Assembly (NCBI GenBank): GCA_002378195.1
Contig: DFRJ01000002.1
Coordinates: 22,911 to 86,910 of the forward strand
DNA length: 64,000 nt
Source of the DNA: Patescibacteria group bacterium UBA3466
GTDB lineage: Bacteria > Patescibacteriota > Minisyncoccia > Phycocordibacterales > UBA918
Direction: 5' to 3'
A model generated the notes under the pieces. The model was given only the letters and a program-made list of their open reading frames with translations, was not told the origin of the DNA and ran no database searches. Within the stretch, counting starts at the first letter, position 1. Every line of letters starts with the position of its first letter. Of the stretch, positions 36,235 through 48,923 are shown one piece after another. The position numbers were made by a program, and so were the translations under genes.

Positions 36235-39200
36235 ATGGATACTAAAGATGTATCGGTAGGACACCTGCCGCAAAAGCGCTTCGAAAAAGCGTCTGCGCCA
36301 CGGTTAGAGCTACCAGATCTGATTGAGCCACAACGAGAGTCGTACACATGGTTTGTCGAGACGGCTTTGAAGGAAATCTTCAAAGAGTTTTCACCGATTG
36401 CTGACTACTCAGAAAAGAAGTTCGAACTTCAATTTAAGAAGTACGAAATGGGAGCACCAAAGTACTCTCCAGAGTTTTGTAAAGAAAACAAGCGAACTTT
36501 CGAAGCCCCACTTCGAGCTGCAGTTGTTCTAAAGAACAAAACTTTTGATAGCGACAAGGAACAAGAGATCTTCATGACTGATATTCCAGTGATGACAGAC
36601 AACGGTACCTTCATCATCAACGGTGTAGAGCGAGTAATCGTTCCACAGCTAGCCCGAAGTTACGGTATTTTCTTCACTTCAGCTGAATCAAAGGGTAAGA
36701 CTTTGTTTGGCGCGAAGATTATTCCGGCGCGAGGAGCGTGGGTGGAGATCGAGTCTGAAGCTGATGGTGTTATCTACGTAAAGATTGATCGAAAGAAGAA
36801 GTTCCCAATCACTTCTTTGCTTCGAGTACTTGGAGTAGAAGACGAAAAGGACATGCTCAAGCTCGTAAAAGGTGTAGAGCGAGGTGAAGAGTACATCAAG
36901 GCTACCCTTGAGAAAGATCCGGCCAAGACTACTGATGATTCATATGTAGAAATCTACAAGCGTCTTCGAGATGGTGACCTAGCAACTATCGACAACGCTA
37001 AAGAATTCGTGAACTCAATCTTCTCAGAAGAACGATATGACCTGTCGGAAATCGGACGACATCACTTCAACGAACGATTCGATCTTCCAACAGACGCTAA
37101 GGCAGTAGCGAATCGAACTGTGTCTGTAGATGACATGCAACGAATCCTGTCACACATCATTGTGTCAAACCACGATTCAAGCGCCTTGCCTGATGATATT
37201 GATCACCTCGGATTCCGACGAGTGCGATATTTCGGTGAAATGTTGCAGCAACGAGTACGAGTAGGTATGACTCGAATGAAGCGAAACATTCAAGACCGAA
37301 TGTCGACTATCGAAGCCGAGACTTCGCTGCCGATGCAAATTATTAATCCGCGACCACTACAAGCGGCTATTAAAGAGTTCTTCACTACGAACCAACTTTC
37401 ACAGTTCTCACAACAGCAAAACATCCTAGCTGAAGTTGAACACCTTCGAACTCTTTCAGCGCTTGGTCCAGGCGGTTTGACTCGTGAACGAGCCGGCTTT
37501 GAAGTGCGTGACGTTCACCCGAGTCACTACGGACGACTTTGTCCAATTCATACTCCTGAAGGACCAAACATTGGTTTGATTCTGCGCCTTTCGATGTACT
37601 CACGAGTAAACCGTTTTGGTATCATCGAAACTCCGTACATGAAGGTGAATAAAGGTAAGTTGACTGACGAAGTGACTTACATGAACGCTCATGAAGAGGA
37701 GGGTTACACGATCGCTCACGCCGCTATCGAAATCGATGATAAGGGTAAGATCAAGAATGATTTGGTTGAAGCTAGAATGAAGGGTGAACCACGAATGGTG
37801 TCGCGAAACGATGTTGATTACATTGATATCGCTACTAACCAACCATTCTCAGTAGCTACATCAATGATTCCATTTTTGAATCACGATGACGCCAACCGAA
37901 CCTTGATGGGTTCAAACATGCAAAAGCAGTCGACACCGTGTGTGATCCAAGAAGCACCGATTGTGGCGACTGGAGTAGAGAGAATGGCAGCGCGAGATGT
38001 AGGGCGAGTTATCTACGCTACTGACCCAGGGGAAGTAGTAGAAGCCGATGCACAAAAGATCGTTGTAAAGGGGAAGGACGGAAAGAAGAAAGAGTACCCA
38101 CTTACCCAGCTACAAAGAACTAACGACTTCTCAGCGTTTCAGCACCGACCAGCAGTAAACGTTGGACAAAAAGTGAAGCGTGGAGATTTGTTGGCTGATA
38201 CTACATCAACCGACAATGGTCAGATCGCTGTAGGGCAAAACGCCCGTGTCGCCTTCATGAGTTGGAATGGAGCCAACTACGAAGATGCGATTATTATTTC
38301 TGAACGACTAGTTAAGCAAGCCAAGTTCTCAACCATCCACCTAGATGAACTAGACGTAGCAGTGCGAGACACTAAGCTAGGTCCTGAAGTAACTACCCCA
38401 GATATTCCAAATGTTTCTGAACTTAAGCTTCGAAACCTGGATGAAACTGGTGTAATCCGAATTGGAGCAGAAGTACGACCGGGAGACATCTTGGTTGGTA
38501 AGGTGACTCCAAAGGGAGAAACCCAACTAACGCCAGAAGAGCGATTGCTACGATCTATCTTCGGTGAAAAGGCGAAGGATGTTAAGGATACCTCTCTACG
38601 TCTAGAAGCTGGTAAGCGTGGTCGCGTGATCGGAGTGAAAATCTTCTCACGAGAGGACGGTGATCAGCTAGAGAGTGGTGTGATCAAACGAATCCATATT
38701 ACGATCGCTCAGGTCCGAAACGTGTCAGTTGGTGACAAGCTGGCTGGACGACACGGTAACAAGGGTGTGATCTCAAGAATTCTTCCAGAGGAGGATATGC
38801 CGTACGACGAAAACGGTGAGCCGGTAGATGTGCTCTTGACACCACTTGGTGTGCCGTCACGTATGAACCTTGGTCAGATTCTCGAACTTCACTTGGGTAT
38901 GGCTGCCAACTCACTTGGCTACCAAGCGATTGTGCCACCATTTGCCGGAGCTGATGAAAACGACGTTAAGGCTGAACTAAAAGCCGCTGGTTTTGAAGAA
39001 GATGGAAAGATCCAGTTGCGAGACGGTCTAACCGGCGAGCCATTCGCGCAAAGAACTGCAGTAGGATACATGTACATCTTGAAGTTGCACCACATGGTAG
39101 AAGACAAGATTCACATGCGTTCAATTGGTCCATACTCACTTATTACTCAGCAGCCACTTGGAGGTAAGGCTCAAATTGGTGGTCAGCGATTTGGAGAGAT

Positions 39201-39438
39201 GGAAGTGTGGGCGCTACTTGGATACGGAGCAGCCTACACTCTACGAGAAATGCTAACTATCAAGTCTGACGATATTGTGGGACGAAGCGCCGCTTTTGAC
39301 GCTATCGTACGGGGTGAACAAATTTCTCACCCTCACACACCAGCCGCTTTCAACGTACTGTTGAATCAGCTACGAGGTCTGGCACTCGACGTGAAGCTAG
39401 ATAAAGACGAAGTGAAGCGTAATTATGAGTCTGCTTAA
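36235..39438 (+). CDS. rpoB: RNA polymerase beta subunit
   Basis: GTFIINGVERV, RDVHPSHYGR.CP, GSNMQ, GDKLAGRHGNKG, GGQRFGEMEVWAL. Confidence 0.99.
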   Translation: MDTKDVSVGHLPQKRFEKASAPRLELPDLIEPQRESYTWFVETALKEIFKEFSPIADYSEKKFELQFKKYEMGAPKYSPEFCKENKRTFEAPLRAAVVLKNKTFDSDKEQEIFMTDIPVMTDNGTFIINGVERVIVPQLARSYGIFFTSAESKGKTLFGAKIIPARGAWVEIESEADGVIYVKIDRKKKFPITSLLRVLGVEDEKDMLKLVKGVERGEEYIKATLEKDPAKTTDDSYVEIYKRLRDGDLATIDNAKEFVNSIFSEERYDLSEIGRHHFNERFDLPTDAKAVANRTVSVDDMQRILSHIIVSNHDSSALPDDIDHLGFRRVRYFGEMLQQRVRVGMTRMKRNIQDRMSTIEAETSLPMQIINPRPLQAAIKEFFTTNQLSQFSQQQNILAEVEHLRTLSALGPGGLTRERAGFEVRDVHPSHYGRLCPIHTPEGPNIGLILRLSMYSRVNRFGIIETPYMKVNKGKLTDEVTYMNAHEEEGYTIAHAAIEIDDKGKIKNDLVEARMKGEPRMVSRNDVDYIDIATNQPFSVATSMIPFLNHDDANRTLMGSNMQKQSTPCVIQEAPIVATGVERMAARDVGRVIYATDPGEVVEADAQKIVVKGKDGKKKEYPLTQLQRTNDFSAFQHRPAVNVGQKVKRGDLLADTTSTDNGQIAVGQNARVAFMSWNGANYEDAIIISERLVKQAKFSTIHLDELDVAVRDTKLGPEVTTPDIPNVSELKLRNLDETGVIRIGAEVRPGDILVGKVTPKGETQLTPEERLLRSIFGEKAKDVKDTSLRLEAGKRGRVIGVKIFSREDGDQLESGVIKRIHITIAQVRNVSVGDKLAGRHGNKGVISRILPEEDMPYDENGEPVDVLLTPLGVPSRMNLGQILELHLGMAANSLGYQAIVPPFAGADENDVKAELKAAGFEEDGKIQLRDGLTGEPFAQRTAVGYMYILKLHHMVEDKIHMRSIGPYSLITQQPLGGKAQIGGQRFGEMEVWALLGYGAAYTLREMLTIKSDDIVGRSAAFDAIVRGEQISHPHTPAAFNVLLNQLRGLALDVKLDKDEVKRNYESA

Positions 39439-39449
39439 TTTTTCTGCCT

Positions 39450-43139
<3,690 letters not shown>

Positions 43140-43163
43140 TATCACTTACTTTATCTAAATATG

Positions 43164-43207
43164 AAAAAAGACCCATGGCGGACCTTGGTCCCAACTGGGT
43201 CTTTTTT
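43164..43207 (+). terminator. rpoC terminator
   Basis: AAAAAAGACCCA...TGGGTCTTTTTT. Confidence 0.8.
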
Positions 43208-43233
43208 CTTTTGTTAAAGTAATATTAAAAAAG

Positions 43234-43265
43234 AAAAAAGCCGACGTGCTTTGACGCCGGCTTTT
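43234..43265 (-). terminator. Terminator (GCCG family, imperfect)
   Basis: AAAAGCCGACGT-GCTTTG-ACGCCGGCTTTT. Confidence 0.75.
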
Positions 43266-43415
43266 GTGTAGGAACATCTTCACCTCTGTTGTCCGGTCCC
43301 GTTACAGACGTGATTTGTGCTGGGTTCACAGTGGACTTTGACGCGACGCCTAGCGTCGAGCCTGACAGTCTGTCTGCAAATAGAGCAGGTATAGACCCTA
43401 CCTTTGGTTCCTCGT

Positions 43416-43877
43416 TTACTCATTCGTTTGCACAACTCCCGGTGTCTTTGCTTGTTTGAGTGAATTTATGTAGTCAGCTATTTCCGTAGTGATATGCCAA
43501 CGGAGTTGGCGTCTTCTCTCCTTGCTTGTTCTCAAGATCATTCCTTCGTAGGTATCGATCTTGCAATCACCATCCATGTCAGACAGCCAGTACTGACTCG
43601 GGAATCGACCTGGTATCCTGTTTTTAAAACGAGTGTAATTTACAGGATCATTAAACACCTTCACTTCCCATGGCTGAGATTTGCAGGACGTAAACAATTG
43701 ACATTTGGTTGACTGTACTGTCAGAGTTACGTCTTCAGTCTCTTTAAACAAGGTGAACTCGATAACTTCGTCAGGGTTATTGGCGATAGTCTCGCATATC
43801 AGCTGTTCGTTGATACGGAAAATACCATCTGTTTCACCATAGGCCAGCGAAGACAATAAAAGAACAATAAATCTCAC
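43416..43877 (-). CDS. Secreted orphan protein
   Basis: GTG start with AGGAGG SD, short signal peptide, DMDGD motif. Confidence 0.6.
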   Translation of the reverse strand: MRFIVLLLSSLAYGETDGIFRINEQLICETIANNPDEVIEFTLFKETEDVTLTVQSTKCQLFTSCKSQPWEVKVFNDPVNYTRFKNRIPGRFPSQYWLSDMDGDCKIDTYEGMILRTSKERRRQLRWHITTEIADYINSLKQAKTPGVVQTNE

Positions 43878-44005
43878 GGTTCTGCCTCCTGTGGCATTGA
43901 GAATATATTAAACATAGTCTAAATCTCTAATAGATTCAACACATACTCAACAATCAACACCTGTTGAAAACTACATTTTTACTAAAATGTTAGAATCAGT
44001 TTTAT

Positions 44006-44662
44006 ATGTTTGAAGAACTTTTGACGTACCTTACACTTTATTTTGTTCCAGTACTAGTCGCAGCTCTGGCCGGAGCGTTTATTGGTTTTGAGCGAGAGTA
44101 CCGCGACATGAACGCCGGTTTCCGCACCATGATTCTAATCGCTGTTGGTTCCTGTCTGTTTACTATTTTGTCTCATTTGCTAGGCGGACCAGATAACGAA
44201 TCAGGACGCATCGCGGCCGCTGTGGTGACTGGGGTTGGTTTCTTGGGGGCTGGAGTAGTGTTGAAAGATGGCGCGTCTATCAAAGGAATTACCACCGCCG
44301 CTTGCATCTGGGCGGTAGCATCACTTGGGATGGCGGCTGGAGCCAAAGAGTACACTCTGGTAACCGCTGTCACCACTCTGATCTTGGTGGTGCTTTGGGC
44401 ACTACCACCTTTGGAGCGTTGGATCGATAAACTACATGAGTTTATTCATGTTGATATTACAGTCAAAAACTCAGACGACGCTGAAGACGATGTTTTAGAT
44501 ATCTTCGATGAGTGTGGTATCAAAGTGGTTCATATTCACCGCAGTCGATTTGAAAAAGGGGAGCGAGTGCTCCACATCAAGGCTAAGACCACGGCTGCAA
44601 AGCGAAAGGACCTCAGTGAGATACTCGTAAACGAAAAAGGAGTCATTAAGTTCACTGCCTAA
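44006..44662 (+). CDS. MgtC/SapB family membrane protein
   Basis: IGFERE....AGFRT, RIAA.VVTGVGFLGAG, GITTAA.IW. Confidence 0.92.
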   Translation: MFEELLTYLTLYFVPVLVAALAGAFIGFEREYRDMNAGFRTMILIAVGSCLFTILSHLLGGPDNESGRIAAAVVTGVGFLGAGVVLKDGASIKGITTAACIWAVASLGMAAGAKEYTLVTAVTTLILVVLWALPPLERWIDKLHEFIHVDITVKNSDDAEDDVLDIFDECGIKVVHIHRSRFEKGERVLHIKAKTTAAKRKDLSEILVNEKGVIKFTA

Positions 44663-44740
44663 TTGTTTTTAAATCAACGAATTTGCACTACTTTCGAATT
44701 AATATTCAATCAACGTATATCTAAAGTTTTGCGCCTAAAG

Positions 44741-44766
44741 AAAAGCCACTCGGATGAGTGGCTTTT
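44741..44766. terminator. Bidirectional terminator
   Basis: AAAAGCCACTC-GGAT-GAGTGGCTTTT. Confidence 0.85.
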
Positions 44767-44768
44767 GG

Positions 44769-45023
44769 TTAGCCGGCTCTGATTTCATCAATGTAGGCAA
44801 AGAAACCAATTGAGAACATCAGGGCTATGGAGAATGAAACTACACAGCCGACTAAGAGCAGTAAGCTTATGGATAAGCTAGGAATGTACGGGAGTAGTAT
44901 CTGCAGGTTTGCGAGATGGATGATAAAACAGATTACGAATGCCAGTAACAGTAAACATCCTAAAATGGTAAAAAGAGCAGTCGTTATCATATGGAACAGG
45001 GGAGTAGCTTCTCGTTTTTTCAT
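44769..45023 (-). CDS. Small orphan protein with two TM helices
   Basis: 84 aa, two hydrophobic helices, AGGAG SD, upstream TTGACA promoter. Confidence 0.6.
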   Translation of the reverse strand: MKKREATPLFHMITTALFTILGCLLLLAFVICFIIHLANLQILLPYIPSLSISLLLLVGCVVSFSIALMFSIGFFAYIDEIRAG

Positions 45024-45121
45024 TTAGTATCTCCTGTATACTCTATGTATTTTATATAATCTTAAATAAGATTTGTCAATATTTAGGTCAAAATTAAATA
45101 TTCAGGTAAAATAGGGTACTT

Positions 45122-46870
45122 ATGTCAGACGCGGTTCAGCAAATTAAAGACAAAATCAGCATTATCGATGTAGTATCGCCTTACGTGGAGCTCCACAAAG
45201 CGGGCAAAAACTTTAAAGGCAAGTCACCGTTTTCAGCCGAAAAAACTCCTTCGTTTTATGTTTCTCCAGACCGCGGTATGTACTACTGCTTCTCGACTTC
45301 TCAAGGAGGAGATATTTTTAATTTTGTCCAAGCCATGGAAGGAGTCGACTTCAAAGAGGCTCTCAAGCAGTTGGCTGATAAGGCAGGGGTCGAACTCGTG
45401 CCCGAAGATCCCAAGAAAAAGACTGAGCGTGAGAAAGCTTATTCCATCATGGACGAAGCGGTGAAGTTTTATGTCGATAAGCTCGAAGAGGAATCTGAGG
45501 CATTGGAGTACCTCAAAAAACGAGGAGTAAAAGATGAAACTGTTCACCGCTGGCAAATCGGCTTCGCGCCTGGGCCACCAAAGGGAGGCTGGCGAGAGCT
45601 CAAGGAGTATCTCGAAAAGAAAGATTTTACCAAAGAGCAACAACTCGCAGCTGGCCTCATCAAAACCACCGAAGGCGGGAAAGAACCTTTTGACGTCTTT
45701 CGTGACCGGATTGTTTTTCCAATGGCTGAGCCGAGCGGGAAGGTGGTGGCATTTTCGGGCAGGATTCTTCATCCCAATGATAAGGCGCCCAAGTACGTAA
45801 ATTCACCTGAAACGCTTTTGTATAAAAAGTCCGAGTTACTCTTTGGTTACGACAAAGCCAAGTCCGGTATCAGAAACCTTAATTTCTCGCTGGTAGTAGA
45901 AGGACAGTTTGATGTGGTTATGTGTCACCAGGCTGGCTACAGTAATACCGTCGCGGTGTCAGGTACCGCTCTTACTCTTCATCATGTACAACTCCTAGAG
46001 CGCATGTCAGACAAGGTGGTGCTAGCGCTTGATGCTGATCGCGCGGGTATCGCCGCTATGAAGAAAGCGGCAGACCTAATGCTGCAACGGGGGATTGATG
46101 TAAAAGTAGCAGAGTTGCCGCTAGGTAAAGATCCGGCCGACCTTATTCAAGAAGATCCGGCGCTGTTCAAAAAATACATCGGTAAGTCGGTGCATGTGAT
46201 CGAATTCTTGCTCCATGTCCTGAAGCGTGAACATGAAGACGAGCGTTCATTCAAGCTGAAGGTTAGAGACGAAGTGTTGCCATTTGTGCTCTTGCTACCA
46301 AACCGTATCGACCAAGAACACTTCGTGAACAAGATAGCTAAAGAGATCGACTCTACGACTGAAGCTGTACGTTTCGAGTTAAATCATTTGCGGGAGAAGA
46401 AAGAAGCAGAATCACACAAAGAGACTTACTATGGTGATTCTTACGATGAGAATGTTGGTGTAGACAAGGGTGAGAGAGGTCAGGATGACGGCTCGAAATC
46501 CCGATTGTTTTTGCTGGCGGCGGCATTGGTGGTCGATGATGCACAGAAGCAAGTGATAGAAGCTGAACTGGATAAGCTCGTAGCTATTAAGCAGCTTGCT
46601 GACCCCTCAGAATCGGATCTGGCAAAGACAGTCTTTACCCTGGAACAGCAGTTTTCTAATTTACCACCTCTGGCAGTGAAAGAAGAGATTATAAATAAGT
46701 TTAATCGTCTGAAAAAGATTTTGGTACGGTCTAAGTTGGCGGAACTAAGAGAAGATCTTCAGCGCTTAGAAGCAGAAGGAGGTGACGTGAACAAGGTACT
46801 CAAGCTTATTAGTGTTTATGAAAGCAAGCTCCGCGAACCCGACTACACCAGCGATATCTTTCAAAATTAA
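45122..46870 (+). CDS. dnaG: DNA primase
   Basis: Degenerate zinc-binding domain (SPFS.EKTPSF...YYCFS), FRDRI.FP, KY.NSPET, TOPRIM VEG.FD and D.D.AG, KDPAD. Confidence 0.96.
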   Translation: MSDAVQQIKDKISIIDVVSPYVELHKAGKNFKGKSPFSAEKTPSFYVSPDRGMYYCFSTSQGGDIFNFVQAMEGVDFKEALKQLADKAGVELVPEDPKKKTEREKAYSIMDEAVKFYVDKLEEESEALEYLKKRGVKDETVHRWQIGFAPGPPKGGWRELKEYLEKKDFTKEQQLAAGLIKTTEGGKEPFDVFRDRIVFPMAEPSGKVVAFSGRILHPNDKAPKYVNSPETLLYKKSELLFGYDKAKSGIRNLNFSLVVEGQFDVVMCHQAGYSNTVAVSGTALTLHHVQLLERMSDKVVLALDADRAGIAAMKKAADLMLQRGIDVKVAELPLGKDPADLIQEDPALFKKYIGKSVHVIEFLLHVLKREHEDERSFKLKVRDEVLPFVLLLPNRIDQEHFVNKIAKEIDSTTEAVRFELNHLREKKEAESHKETYYGDSYDENVGVDKGERGQDDGSKSRLFLLAAALVVDDAQKQVIEAELDKLVAIKQLADPSESDLAKTVFTLEQQFSNLPPLAVKEEIINKFNRLKKILVRSKLAELREDLQRLEAEGGDVNKVLKLISVYESKLREPDYTSDIFQN

Positions 46871-46928
46871 GTCATTTAGCTAAAGTCACTCTGGACTTTT
46901 TTGTATTTTTCGGTATAGTTGTCCCCAC

Positions 46929-48278
46929 ATGGCAGCAAAAAAAGCCACAAAAAAAGTTGCGAAAAAAGCGGTCAAAAAAACCGTAAAAACCACTAAAAAA
47001 GCAGCCCCGAAAAAAGCCACAAAAAAGAAGGCTTCGGTTGCAAAAAAGAAGACAGCAGGAAAGAAGACAACTGCTAAAAAAGCAATAAAGAAGACAGTCA
47101 AAAAAGCTGTAAAAAAGACCGTTAAAAAGACGGCTGTTTCTGCGAAAAAGGCAGTAAAGAAGGCTGCTAAAAAAGCTGCTCCAAAAAAGAAAAAACTCAC
47201 CAAGAGTGAAAAACTACTCGAAGCTAAGTCAGCTGAACTGATGACGCTCGGGAAGGAGCGAGGATACGTTACATACGATGAATTACTTCGATCTTTTCCA
47301 GAGATTGAAAAGGATGTTGATTTCCTAGACGGATTGTACGAAAAGTTCTCGATTGCCGGCATCGATGTTTTACAAAGTGGCGGTATGTTAGGGGAAGATC
47401 CTAGCACCGAAGTGATTGCTAAGAAGAACGCCTTTAAGCGCAGTGATAGCGGGCATGACTCAATCCAAATGTATTTGCGTGAGATTGGCCAGTATCCTCT
47501 ATTGAATGCTCATGAAGAGAAAGTTTTAGCTAAGCGAATTGTAGAAGGTGACGATGAAGCTCGGAACCTACTAGCCCGAGCCAACCTGCGACTCGTAGTG
47601 TCGATCGCCAAGAAGTATGTTGGGCGATCACCGGACCTTACTCTACTTGATCTTATTCAAGAAGGTAACCTTGGACTCTTCAAGGCGGTAGATAAGTTTG
47701 ACTTTACAAAAGGATTTAAGTTTTCTACCTACGCTACTTGGTGGATCCGCCAAGCGATCACTCGAGCGTTGGCTGATCAATCGCGTACCATTCGTATTCC
47801 GGTTCATATGGTGGAGACCATGGCTAAATACAAGCAGGTGTCACGCCGACTAGCTCAAGACTTAGGGCGCGACCCAATGTCGGAAGAAATTGCTACCGAA
47901 ATGGGGGTGGAAGTAGAAAAGATTTACCAAATCGAAAAGATTTCCCAAGATACGATTTCACTGGAATTGCCAGTGGGAGACGATGACGATCGGTCACGAC
48001 TGTCAGACTTTATCTCTGATGACAAAATTACCTCGCCAGATCAAGAGGTTTCACATAGTATCCTGACAGATCAAATTACAGAAATTCTCGATACACTTTC
48101 AGAAAAAGAACGTAAGATTCTTGAAATGCGACATGGCCTACTAGACGGTACTTACCACACCTTAGAAGAAGTTGGAAAGGAGTTTGGGGTGACGAGAGAG
48201 CGAATCCGACAAATTGAGGCGAAGGCTCTTGAAAAGATACGACAACACGAAAAGGCCCGACGTTTGAAATCATATTAA
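46929..48278 (+). CDS. rpoD: Primary sigma factor with a Lys/Ala-rich N-terminal tail
   Basis: [60 protein letters not shown]. Confidence 0.96.
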   Translation: MAAKKATKKVAKKAVKKTVKTTKKAAPKKATKKKASVAKKKTAGKKTTAKKAIKKTVKKAVKKTVKKTAVSAKKAVKKAAKKAAPKKKKLTKSEKLLEAKSAELMTLGKERGYVTYDELLRSFPEIEKDVDFLDGLYEKFSIAGIDVLQSGGMLGEDPSTEVIAKKNAFKRSDSGHDSIQMYLREIGQYPLLNAHEEKVLAKRIVEGDDEARNLLARANLRLVVSIAKKYVGRSPDLTLLDLIQEGNLGLFKAVDKFDFTKGFKFSTYATWWIRQAITRALADQSRTIRIPVHMVETMAKYKQVSRRLAQDLGRDPMSEEIATEMGVEVEKIYQIEKISQDTISLELPVGDDDDRSRLSDFISDDKITSPDQEVSHSILTDQITEILDTLSEKERKILEMRHGLLDGTYHTLEEVGKEFGVTRERIRQIEAKALEKIRQHEKARRLKSY

Positions 48279-48289
48279 GTGATTAGATT

Positions 48290-48327
48290 GTAACAAAACC
48301 CCTCAAATTAATGAGGGGTTTTGTTAC
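48290..48327. terminator. Bidirectional terminator
   Basis: GTAACAAAACCCCTCA-loop-TGAGGGGTTTTGTTAC. Confidence 0.85.
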
Positions 48328-48358
48328 GTAGCATGTTACGTAACATGCTACGTAACAA
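48321..48358. repeat. Perfect 38-bp palindrome built from three 12-bp tandem units
   Basis: TTGTTACGTAGCATGTTACGTAACATGCTACGTAACAA equals its own reverse complement. Confidence 0.9.
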
Positions 48359-48369
48359 GCCCTGCTCGT

Positions 48370-48870
48370 TTATTTGGTTATGAAATAGTATAATTGCTCA
48401 CCCTGAATTAAAATAAATAACCAAAACATAATCCAGATGAGAGCAATGATTGCTTCGTATAGAATAAATCGGTGAAATTTTATTTTAAGACTGCCTAGTA
48501 CTAGAGCATATAGTGGACGAGTCACAGCCACAAAACGAGCAACAGCGATGTAAACAAAGAGGCCTTTGTGTTGCAGGAAATGTCTAATTTTTTGCACTTT
48601 CGGATGTTCCAAGCGCTTCGTGATTACTGGTGATTGGTGAAAGATTCTGCCTGAATAGTAGTTGAGGGTGTTGCCGAGCATGGTTCCGGCGTATGAGGAG
48701 ATAGCAATCATTTCGACGGTAATCATCCCAGTGGCATGCATCATGGCCACTGAACTCATCATGGCCGCTCCGTATAAAAATAAACCAGTCGCGAAAAAGA
48801 TGTCTAAGGCGGATGCAACAAATAAGACAATAGGGTAATAAGGGGACAGTTCGTAGAGCCATTCGTACAT
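48370..48870 (-). CDS. DedA/VTT family membrane protein
   Basis: G.MLG...NY..GR, ARF...R......G...F..F..Y......W pattern. Confidence 0.8.
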   Translation of the reverse strand: MYEWLYELSPYYPIVLFVASALDIFFATGLFLYGAAMMSSVAMMHATGMITVEMIAISSYAGTMLGNTLNYYSGRIFHQSPVITKRLEHPKVQKIRHFLQHKGLFVYIAVARFVAVTRPLYALVLGSLKIKFHRFILYEAIIALIWIMFWLFILIQGEQLYYFITK

Positions 48871-48923
48871 ATGAGTATCTAAACATAATACTCTGATTTT
48901 AGTATTTTGGTATACTGTTGGTG

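Noticed and set aside
46886-47407. 173-aa hydrophobic antisense ORF, and similarly 62896-63129
   Set aside because: It is the shadow of Lys/Ala codon repeats on the coding strand: AAA reads as TTT, giving Phe-rich text.
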